Positions 53,721 to 64,000 of a DNA stretch of 64,000 nucleotides are shown here, in pieces. A model generated the notes under the pieces. It saw nothing but the letters and a program-made list of their open reading frames with translations, ran no database searches and had not been told where the DNA came from. The DNA is from Mobula hypostoma (Eukaryota), in contig NC_086109.1 in assembly GCF_963921235.1 (NCBI RefSeq), positions 7,318,001-7,382,000 on the forward strand, read 5' to 3'. Each line of letters opens with the position of its first letter. Within the stretch, counting starts at the first letter, position 1. A program made the translations under genes and the position numbers.

Positions 53721-54485
53721 ATCAGCGAATCCAGTGAGTAGTGATGGCCTGGATTACGTTGTGTGATCCAGCTAGGTGGAATCAGTGGACGAGACACATT
53801 ACGGAACACTGAGCCCCTGCCTCTCTCTGGCTTTCATACGACTGCTCTGGCTGGTCGGTAAAGAGCCACCAGCATTAACTCACATGGAAGTCCATTCACT
53901 CCCCGTCCCCCTTCTAATTAATATATTACATTGGTCTTTAAAGCTGCAATATTTTATAGCAGATAAGTTTACTTCAACAATTCAGTCATTTCTTTCCATT
54001 TTATAATCTCAAACCTTAATTTGAGATTTCAATATAAACAAGTGCATGACATACTGCAGGTAGTCTTCAGTTCATCTGTATCCCTTCTCAGAGCTAAGCT
54101 TTGGCAAGAAATGTTTACTGCTACGACCGTTCTGTTCTCTCGGATTACATGTTTAATTCTCAAATATTAATTATACAAAATGGCATGTAAATTTTATTAA
54201 GCAGTGATGGTGACGATGATAGTAATTATGAGCAACATATTTTACTATAATAAATTGCAGCTTTAAGCCCCTCTTTCGTAGACATTGATACACAAAGCTC
54301 TCTCACACACCTTGCCTTCTGCTTCTTTGCAGGGATCTGTATACACTGCAGTGCAGTTCAATTGCATTGTTCTTGCAAGAAAGCAAATGTTGTAGGCAGC
54401 TACAAAAAAATAAATGGAACATGATTTTCCTCAGCAAAACAAAACTGGAGTTATTTTTAATGCTATCAAGGATATCTTGTGCTTA

Positions 54486-55031
54486 CACTCCGTGGCCACT
54501 TTGTTTCGTACACCTGTACACCTGTTTGTTAATGCAAATACCTAATCAGCCAATCAAGTGGCAGCAACTCAATGCATAAAAGCATACAGACATCGTCAAG
54601 AGGTTCAGGTGTTGTCCTGACATCAGAATGGGGAAGATATGTGATCTAAGTGATTTTGCCTGTGGAATGATTTTTGGTGCCAGATGGGGTGGTTTGAGTA
54701 TCTGAGAAACTGCTGATCTCCTGGCATTTTCACACACAACAGTCTCCAGAGTTTACAGAGAACGGTGCAAAAAACAAACAAAAAAAAATCTAGTCAGCTT
54801 CAGTTCTGAGGGCAAAAACACCTTGTTAATGAGAGAGGTCAGAGGAGAATGGCCAAACTGATTCAAGTTGACAGGAAGGGGACAGGAACTCAAGTAATAC
54901 TTTATTACAACACTGGTGTGTAGAAGAGCATCTCTGAATACACAACACATCACACCTTGAGGTGGATGGGCTACATCACCAGAAGACCACACACATGGTC
55001 CTCCAATACCTAATGAAGTGGCCACTCAGTA
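54486..55031 (+). mobile_element. Tc1-like non-autonomous element
   Basis: TIRs (ta)cactccgtggccacttt / aagtggccactcagt; internal DLSDFACGMIFGARWGGLSI*ETADLLAFSHTTVSRVY, a Tc1 N-terminal HTH relic. Confidence 0.75.
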
Positions 55032-56423
55032 CATTTGGGTCTTTCTGCTCAATGATCAACCACCATCAATGTGATCCCACCACCAGCCACATCATCTCCT
55101 GCTCACCCTTCCTGCTTTCTGTAAGGACTGCTCTGTCCATGATTCCCTGGCATGCAGATCCCACCTCACCTATCCTTGCCCCCAGGGGTGCAGTGCAGCT
55201 GGAGCTCACCGGAGCACTGGTCCGGCACCTCTGTAAAATAAAGTCAAAATAAACAAGCGGGGAATTTAACAGCAGCCGCATATTAAATAGAGGGAATTTT
55301 ACGGAAGCGGGGGTTGGGGAGAGGGGGTGGTGGCTGGTGGGGAAAATACCACTAATAACATTAGGATATTTGATCGTTTTTGGTGAAACCCTGGAGTTAT
55401 GACTGTTTTTTATTTAGGTATTTGTGAAATTCCTCCTCGCTCGACCCGTTGCCCCAGCATACCCTGTTGTAGCCTCCCGCCATTTCACAGATCCTCAGTC
55501 TTCCTCCAGCACTCGTTGTTTGAGCATTGTTCGCCGAGAAAATAAAAATCTTAGATCTTTTGAAAAATGGCATGTCACTTGTTGAAGTGGGCCATAAGGT
55601 CGGTAAGAATGAATTGAGCATTCGCACTTAGTAAGGCTACATCTGTGGTGGTCCGTGGGTTACTCACTCATACAAAAGTAAATTTTTCTCACTAACAACC
55701 TCTAAGCAAACAATGTTAACTTTTTTCTTTTGTAAACAAGCTGAGGAGTGCAACAAGAATAACGTACAAGAAGAGACTGATAACAGTAAAAGTGCCAAAA
55801 GCTGTGTTTCGCCTGCTTCTAGTTCAAATTTTCTAACCGGGTCCAAATGCAGTTCTGAAAGCAATGGTCCTTCGAAGTCAGGCTTGTATCCCTGTTCAGA
55901 TGTTTGGACTGAAGAAAAGTGGAAGAAAAAGAAGGAAACTTATCCCTGGTTAGACTTCAAGGATGATAAACTTGGTGTAAAGTATGTGCAAACAAAAGCA
56001 ATCTGACACTTTTCACTTCTAAGAGTTTAAGGCTGTCATTGAATGGCAGATGTACCAAATATCCTATGATGGAGCCGGTTGAAGTACACGCTTGAAGTCT
56101 CTCAGAAAAAATATTGTTAATCACAAACAATCTAAAACTCACACTGCTGCTGTAAGTGTTGAAAATATAGCTCGTGAAGATGCTCTTGGAAAATTATTTG
56201 ACACCATGAATGCTTCTCATCTAAAGGCAACTTGTTCAATTTTTTGTTCTTCACATTATTTAGCTCAAAATCTGATCACTTTGGCTTATTGGAACTTCAA
56301 AAAAATAGTATTGACATTGGAATTAGACCCCATTCCCGCACTAGTGCTACAGAGATAGTTAATCACATAGCCATTAACATGAAAAAGAAAATTTGCCAGC
56401 ATATCAAGCAGATCAATGGCAAA

Positions 56424-56648
56424 CAACACACATCAAAGTTGCTGGTGAACGCAGCAGGCCAGGCAGCATCTCTAGGAAGAGGTACAGTCAACGTTTCGGG
56501 CCGAGAACCTTCGTCAGGACTAACTGAAGGAAGAGTTAGTAAGAGATTTGAAAGTGGGAGGGGGAGAGGAGATCCAAAATGATAGGAGAAGATGGCAGGG
56601 GGAGGGATGGAGCCAAGAGCTGGACAGGTGATTGGCAAAAGGGATATA
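56424..56648 (-). mobile_element. Penelope-like terminal fragment inserted in the hAT transposase
   Basis: Near-identical to 15661-15880; flanked by a 9-bp duplication aatggcaaa (56415-56423, 56649-56657). Confidence 0.85.
56485..56522 (-). ncRNA. Minimal hammerhead ribozyme motif
   Basis: Minus strand tagtc CTGACGA aggttctcggccc GAAACGTT gactg (GUU triplet). Confidence 0.6.
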
Positions 56649-58620
56649 AATGGCAAATTTCTCTTCTCATTGATGAATTAACAAGCCTGAGCATTAAGAC
56701 CGCCCTAATAGTTTACTTGAAACGTGGAAGTGATAAGGAAGATGATCCCCATTTTGTGTTTTTAGATCTAATTGAACTGCTTGATCAGAAAGCTGCAACT
56801 GTTGCTAAGCATCTATTGAACTGTGTGAATAACCATGGGTTTAATGACTCTTACTTGAAACATACTAGTGATGGGGCGAGTGTAATGCTTGGTGTCAAAT
56901 CTGGTGTTGCTACAATTCTCAAGGAACATTACCCTGATGTGATAGTTTGGCACTGTCTTAATCACAGATTAGAACTTGCAGTAGGTGATTCAGTGAGAGA
57001 AGTTCATGGAATAAATCATTTTCAATCATTTATGGACAAATTGTACTCTTTTACAGCATATCACCTCTAAATCAAAAGGAACTGTCTGAATGTGCCTCTC
57101 AACTAGAACAACAAATTTGCAAAATAGGCCGTGTTCTGGGCACCAGGTGGGTAGCTAGCTCATTTTGAGCAGTTTCAGCAGTGTGGCAAAATTATGAAGC
57201 ACTGTGTTTTCATTTTGAAAAAGCAATGAAGGATGAAACAAGATCTGGGAATGACAGAAAAACCTATGAAGGTCTGTTGAAAAGACTTTATCCAGAACAG
57301 TTTCTATTGGACTTAGCTCTAATGTATGATACCTTGCATGAACTTGGTTTAATGTCAGAGTGTTTACAGAAATGCACTACTACGATTGCTTATGCAGACA
57401 AACTGATCCAACGGAGCATAAGATCACTGCATGGACTGAAAGAGCAACCTGGTAAAAACTCTAGAAGCTCAAGAGGCAGTTGAAAAGGGGAATTTGGAGA
57501 AATTACCTTAACAAGCAACAAGATTGTCTCCATGAATTATCTACAGTTTCTTACTAGTCTTATAAACAATTTGCAGCACTATATGTTCATGGCAACATTC
57601 TTGAAAGGTTCTCAAACTTCTAAACCTCAAAGTATGTATAAATCCCTGCTAAATGAAATGTGTGTCCTTGATAAAGATAACTGGCCTGCTGAAATACTGC
57701 CTAATTACAGAGAGACTGTAATATAATCTCTCTGTAAGAGGTTTAAGCTTTCTTCGTCCTCTGTAATAAATGCCTTCAGCGATTATGTGGAAGATCGTGG
57801 AGGCCGCATCCCCCAAGATTTACGCCCATTACTGAGCAGTTCATAAGTTATTCCTATTAGTACCGCTGAGCGTGAGAGGGGATTCAGTCACATGAGCTTG
57901 ATAATAACAAGAACATGCTCAAGAATTCTCATAAATTATGCATCAGCACTTATGTTTGTTAAACTACACGGATCTCCTCTAGTTCAGTAGAATCCTGAGC
58001 TGTATGTCACATCATGGCTGCGGTACCACAGATAAGCAGATGACACCAGGACAGGAGTTGCTTCAGACCCCCGAACACATATTACGCCTGACCCTTTGTG
58101 GAATTTATTGTGAAACTTCTCATTGGTGGCATTTGGTAAGTAGGTAATTACTTTTAAATTGGCAAAATACATGATCACTGTCTTTTTCTTTAATTGCTTT
58201 ATAATTATATTTTATGATAATTAGTGAGTGCAACTGTGCAATACTTTGTCATAGTATTAAATTAAGTATTATATGCTTTATTGTACCAGTTATACACTGA
58301 ACTGTAGTGATAGGCTGTAATCTTGTTAATGTCTTAACTATCACTATGTTTCTGTGGAGCTCTGGAATTCATATATTTCATTCATCTTGGTTTAGTGCTT
58401 GACATTTTAAGAAGCCCTATTCATACATATATGAAATGAAATGAGCAGGTACACAAATTGGGTGTGACATATATATAGAGAGGATATAGGAAACGGCAAA
58501 CATTTTGGCAGCTCCGGCACCAAAAAAATTAGCACTGCACCCCTGCTTGCCTCTCCTTAGGACCATTGCCCTGAAACCATAGGTGGTCCCTACATCTCTT
58601 CCCTCACCACCACCCAGGTT

Positions 58621-59986
58621 CATTCACCATCACCCATCCACATTCACCATCACCCATCCACATTCACCATCACCCATCTACATTAACCATCACCAATCCA
58701 CATTCACCATCACCAATCCACATTCACCATCACCCATCCACATTCACCATCACCCATCTACATTAACCATCACCCATCCACATTAACCATCATCCATCCA
58801 CATTCACCATCACCCATCCACATTAACCATCACTCATCCACATTAACCATCACCCATCCACATTCACCATCACCCATCTACATTCACCATCACCCATCTA
58901 CATTCACCACCACCCATCCACATTAATCATCACACATCCACATTAACCATCACCCATCCACATTAACCATCACCCATCCACATTCCCCATCACCCATCCA
59001 CATGCACCTTCACCCATCCACATTCACCATCACCCATCCACATTCACCATCACCCATCCACATTCACCATCACCCATCCACATTAACCATCACCAATCCA
59101 CATGCACCATCACCCATCCACATTCACCACCACCCATCCACATTAACCATCACCCATCCACATTAACCATCACCAATCCACATGCACCATCACCCATCCA
59201 CATTCACCACCACCCATCCACATTAACCATCACCCATCCACATTAACCATCACCAATCCACATGCACCATCACCCATCCACATTCACCATCACCCATCTA
59301 CATTAACCACCACCCATCCACATTAACCATCACCAATCCACATGCACCATCACCCATCCACATTCACCATCACCCATCTACATTCCCCATCACCCATCCA
59401 CATTAACCATCACCCATCCACATTCACCATCACCAATCTACATTCACCATCACCCATCTACATTCCCCATCACCCATCCACATTAACCATCACCCATCCA
59501 CATTCACCATCACCCATCTACATTCACCATCACCCATCTACATTCCCCATCACCCATCCACATTAACCATCACCCATCCACATTCACCATCACCCATCTA
59601 CATTCACCATCACCCATCTACATTCCCCATCACCCATCCACATTAACCATCACCCATCCACATTCACCATCACCCATCTACATTCACCATCACCCATCTA
59701 CATTAGCCATCACACATCCACATTCACCATCACCCATCCATATTCCCCATCACCCATCCACATTCACCATCACCCATCCATATTCCCCATCACCAATCCA
59801 CATTCACCATCACACATCCACATTCACCACCACCCATCCACATTAACCATCACCCATCCACATTTCCCATCACCCATCCACATTCACCACCACCCATCCA
59901 CATTAACCATCACCCATCCACATTAATCATCACCCATCCACATTCACCATCACCGATCTACATTCACCATCACCCATCCACATTCA
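58621..59986. repeat. 20-bp tandem repeat, ~68 copies
   Basis: cattcaccatcacccatcca held in register without indels. Confidence 0.98.
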
Positions 59987-60390
59987 TGTACATCTCACCC
60001 TTGTCCTTTGCACCTGGTGCTCCTGATATGACCTCCTCTACATTTCTGAGACCAAGTGAATGAGAGCGGGGCGACCACTTTGCTGAACACCTTCTTCCCA
60101 TGCACCGTGGTCTTCTACACCTCCCAGTCACCAGTCATTTTAATTCCTCTCTCCTTTCGTAAAATACACTGTCTGTCCTTGGCTTCCTCCTTTACTAGGG
60201 TGAAGCTAAACGTAAACTAGAGGAACAGAACCTCTTGAGCTCCCAGGGTCAGCTACAATCCAACTGCTTGAACACTGAATTTTCCAACTTCAGGTAATCT
60301 TCTCCACCTCATGCCCATTTCTATCTCCTCCTGATCTCCTCAGTTCCTCCGACACCTATCCCAGCTCCCATCACCCTGTTTCTTTCCTTC

Positions 60391-60999
60391 CTCCCCCCAC
60401 TGTTCCATCTGTCCGTCACCCACACACTCCTCCCACTGGGTCCCCTCCCCCCACTGTTCCCATCTGTCCATCACCCACACAATCCTCCCACTGGGTCCCC
60501 TCCCCCCACTGTTCCCATCTGTCCATCACCCACACACTCCTCCCACTGGGTCCCCTCCCCCCCACTGTTCCCATCTGTCCATCACACACACACTCCTCCC
60601 ACTGGGTCCCCTCCCCCCACTGTTCCCATCTGTCCATCACCCACACACTCCTCCCACTGGGTCCCCTCCCCCCACTGTTCCCATCTGTCCGTCATCCACA
60701 CACTCCTCCCACTGGGTCCCCTCCCCCCACTGTTCCCATCTGTCCATCACCCACACACTCTTCCCACTGGGTCCCCTCCCCCCACTGTTCCCATCTGTCC
60801 ATCACCCACACACTCCTCCCACTGGGTCCCCCCCCCCCACTGTTCCCATCTGTCCGTCACCCACACACTCCACCCACTGGGTCCCCTCCCCCCACTGTTC
60901 CCATCTGTCCGTCATCCACACACTCCTCCCACTGGGTCCCCTCCCCCCACTGTTCCCATCTGTCCATCACCCACACACTCCTCCCACTGGATCCCCTCC
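60391..60999. repeat. ~55-bp tandem repeat, ~11 copies
   Basis: cccactgttcccatctgtccatcacccacacactcctcccactgggtcccctccc. Confidence 0.97.
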
Positions 61000-61446
61000 A
61001 GGAATTGAACCCTGATCAGTGAGTGCTGGTGCCTTAAAGTGTTGTGCCAACTGCTACACTGCTGACTCATCCAACAGAGTCACACAGAGTGGCAGTTCCT
61101 GGAACACAGCCTGTGTCTCTATCTCCACTGTCCCTTCCCTCCTGAGTCCGCCTGATTCAAAATCCAAGCCTGTCTCATCATTCAGGCTCTGGGGAATTCC
61201 TGCTGCTTTGAAAGGTTGAAGAGATGGCGAGATTTTCCAAGACATTAGATTATATTAAAGATCAGCTTTTATTGGTCATATGCATGTTGAAACACAATGA
61301 AATGCATCATGTTTGCATCAAATGAAATCAGCGAGGATTCTGCTCGATGGCCCGCATGTTTCGCCATGTTTAAGATGCCAATATAGGTTCAAAGGTTCAA
61401 AGGTCAAGTTTAATGTCAGAGATATGTATACAATATACTTCCTGAA

Positions 61447-61721
61447 CGCGAGGAATTCTGCAGATGCTGGAAATTCAAGCAACACACATCTAAGTTGCTG
61501 GTGAACGCAGCAGGCCAGGCAGCATCTCTAGGAAGAGGTACAGTCAACATTTCGGGCCGAGACCCTTCGTCAGGACTAACTGAAGGAAGAGCTAGTAAGA
61601 GATTTACTAGTAGTAAATCTTCCTTCAGTCAGTCCTGACGAGGGGTCTCGGCCCGAAACGTCGACTGTACCTCTTCCTAGAGATGCTGCCTGGCCTGCTG
61701 CGTTCGCCAGCAACTTAGAAG
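61447..61721. mobile_element. Young palindromic Penelope-like terminal element
   Basis: Near-perfect inverted repeat 61489-61719; 13-bp TSD tatacttcctgaa (61434-61446, 61722-61734). Confidence 0.88.
61630..61667 (+). ncRNA. Minimal type I hammerhead ribozyme motif
   Basis: Stem I cagtc/gactg, core CUGACGA, stem II gggtc-tc-ggccc, GAAAC-GUC cleavage triplet (predicted cut after 61662). Confidence 0.8.
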
Positions 61722-62754
61722 TATACTTCCTGAAATGCTTTTTCTTTGCAAAACATCTACGAAAACAGAGGAGTGCCCCAAAGAATGAACGACAGTTAAA
61801 TGTGAGAACCCCAAAGTCCCCCCACACAGCTCCCCCCATCCCGCGTGTAAGTGGCAGCGAGCAACGATTCCCTGCTTCCCCCGCCAGCAAAAATACTGCA
61901 CCGGTACCATCACCGAGCCCAAGCGTGTGCTAAGCAATAGCAAAGACACAGACCACAGTTACCCCAAAAGCTTCGCACTTCATCTGAAATTCGACAACGC
62001 ACAGGTTCTCTCTCTCCCTGGCAAGGGAGAGGAAGGTGTCTCCCATTTTCACAGCGGGCAGGAGACATAACACCAGCCCGCTGGTTTATGATGTTATAAG
62101 TCTGTTTCGTCACTTTTTCTGAGCTCTGTGTCCAAAGATCACAAAGACCTCGGGTCTTCAGGCCCACAGCAAAAGATTTTCCGGCCTCTGCGACAACACA
62201 CGGGTCTCCGGCCGTGACACGGACCCTTGATCCGCCCGTCTCCAGAGCCCCGAGATCTTAGGCTTCCGAACACGATCGAGACTCTCGGGCCAAATCCTTG
62301 GCACGTCAAATAGCGGCCAGTCATGGAACATAGCATGCCCACAAATTGCTAAATCTAACTCTGCATTTTATTTTGGAATGCAGGTGGAAACTGGAGCACC
62401 CAGAGGAAATGCAATGGGTCACGGAGAGGACATACAAACTCCTCATAGGCAGCAGCAGGAATTGGTGATCATTGACACAGTAACAGCATTACGCCACTGT
62501 ACCGTGAAACAAAATCATCCTTCTGTATTTTTCCCTCTTGTAGAAACATCGGAATTAGATGCCTAAGTAACCAAGGGTGATCAAATTCATCCTCAGTCAT
62601 TCTTGAGGTAGGTAATTGAGAATTTAGTTGGACGTGAAAGACCCCTTAACTCTGCTCTGAGGTAGGACAAACAACCAATGTGCAAAAGAAGATAAGCTAA
62701 ACGAATACAAAAATAAACAAATGATAAATAAATAAATAACACAGAAAACATAAG

Positions 62755-63045
62755 TTACAGAGTCATGGAAAAGTACAGCATAGAAACAGGCCCTTTGGCC
62801 CATCTAGTCCATGCCAAACCATTTAAACTGCCTACTCCCATCGATTTGCACCGGGACCATAACCCTCCATACCCCTGCCATCCGTGTACCTTTCCAAACC
62901 GCTTAAACCTCGAAAACAAGCTGTGTGCACCACCTGGCAGCTCGTTCCACGTTCTCGTGACTCTCTGAGTGAAGAAGTTTTGCCTCATGTTCCCCTTAAA
63001 CTTTTCACCTTTCACTCTTAACCCACGACCTCTAGTTGTAGTCAT
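62755..63045 (-). mobile_element. CR1 LINE 3' fragment
   Basis: TRGRGLRVKGEKFKGNMRQNFFTQRV; the tail matches 28-130. Confidence 0.85.
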
Positions 63046-63525
63046 AGGTTGTAGAGTCCTTGAAAGTGAGTCAATCCATTGGTTGTGCTCAGTGATCTGT
63101 TCAGAGTTAAGGTGAGGGGAGTTATCCAGGCTGCTTCAGGAACCCGATGGGTGTAGGGTAATAGCTGTTCCTGAACCTGATCGTGTAGGACCAAAGACTC
63201 CTGTAACCTCTTTCCTGATGGCAGCAGTGAGAAGAGAGCATGGCTTGGATGCTGGGGTTGGTGGGGCAGTGGGCAGGGGTGGGTTTCTTAGTAATGGTGC
63301 TGCCCTCCTGTGGCAGTGCCCCTTGTACATGTTGTCAATGATGGGGAGGGCTTTTCTTGTGATGGACTCGGCCTTATCCATTACTTTTGGCGGTCTTTAT
63401 CTCTACTCCTCCCTCTGCCACCTGATTCCACCTATCTAAAACCCTTCCTCACCTGGATCCACCTATCAGTGGCCGTAACACATTCCTCTACCTTTTCATA
63501 CTGGCTATCATCCTTCCACTCTTTT

Positions 63526-63604
63526 CAGGGGTCCCAACCTATTTATGGCCTGGACCGCTACCATTCACCAAGGGGTTCATATGCACCCTAGGTTGGGAAC
63601 CCTG
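63526..63604. mobile_element. 79-bp hAT-type MITE
   Basis: TIR caggggtcccaacct / aggttgggaaccctg (14/15); approximate TSD cactcttt / cattcttt. Confidence 0.7.
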
Positions 63605-63829
63605 CATTCTTTCAATCCAAATGAAAGGTCTTAACCCGAAACATCAATTGTCCATTTCCCTTCACAGATACTGCCTGACTCACCGAGTTCCCTCAACAGT
63701 TCGTCTTTTGCTCTATGCTTAATACAGATAAGTCTATTTTGCTGTTAACATAGATCAGTCACAATAAACGGATTTGAGATGCTGCAAACTCCACCAAATA
63801 ATCAAACTGAGTCCCCAACCTTTCACCCA

Positions 63830-64000
63830 AAAGCTGGTGAAATTGGGGGACTGTTTCGTCGAGCTCCTCCGCTTCATCTGCCACGAGTGGGACTTCCCGG
63901 TGGCCAAACTTTTAATTCCCATTCCCATTCCCATTCCGACATGTCAATCCATGGCCTCCTCTTGTGCCAAGATGAAGCCACCCTCAGGGTGGAGGAGCAA
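63830..64000 (+). mobile_element. Penelope-like GIY-YIG fragment running off the window
   Basis: LGDCFVELLRFI...FPVAKLFNSHSHSHSDMSIHGLLLCQDEATLRVEEQ. Confidence 0.8.

Larger units (their letters stand above)
55740..58110 (+). pseudogene. hAT transposase (ZNF862/KIAA1586-like), multiple stops and frameshifts
   Basis: YPWLDFKDDKLG, ISLLIDE, TSDGASVMLG, HCLNHRLELAV, GTRWVASS, IPISTAERERGFSHM dimerisation motif, split over several frames. Confidence 0.88.
55183..58545 (+). mobile_element. hAT DNA transposon, full-length but decayed
   Basis: 14-bp perfect TIR caggggtgcagtgc / gcactgcacccctg; 8-bp TSD cttgcccc / cttgcctc (7/8 match). Confidence 0.92.
55045..60390 (+). mobile_element. Old Penelope-like relic interrupted by the hAT element and a 20-bp array
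   Basis: DPTTSHI-like segment (55070), PYISSLTT (58588), LLYISETK...GDHFAEHL (60033-60095), AKRKLEEQNL (60205). Confidence 0.65.

Noticed and set aside
55713..58110. Domesticated host gene (ZNF862 or KIAA1586 orthologue)
   Set aside because: Multiple stops and frameshifts, an inserted element, and intact TIR/TSD indicate a dead transposon.
58583..59566. His/Pro-rich ORFs
   Set aside because: Translations of the 20-bp repeat.

Overview
Vertebrate genomic DNA, most likely from a cartilaginous fish (inferred from the repeat families: CR1, HE1-like V-SINE, Penelope-like GIY-YIG, Rex1, Tx1). One host gene is supported: prolargin (PRELP, class II small leucine-rich proteoglycan) on the + strand. 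It has two coding exons (11319-12330, 18637-18812; 395 aa after splicing) and an N-terminal (KPP)6 basic repeat. About 1 kb past the stop codon lies a ~30.4-kb array of ~800 copies of a 38-bp unit with higher-order periods of 23, 27, 53, 57 and 79 monomers. The flanks show the unit was amplified in place from the end of ORF2 of one CR1 LINE, which appears to sit inside a V-SINE. Penelope-like elements recur across the window, often as fold-backs with target-site duplications, and carry minimal hammerhead ribozyme motifs (best copy 61630-61667). A decayed ~3.4-kb hAT transposon (TIRs, 8-bp TSD) is nested in a Penelope relic that also hosts 20-bp and ~55-bp tandem arrays. The rest is mostly degraded LINE, SINE and MITE sequence. 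Boundaries of old repeats are approximate and family calls come from motif recognition, not database searches.
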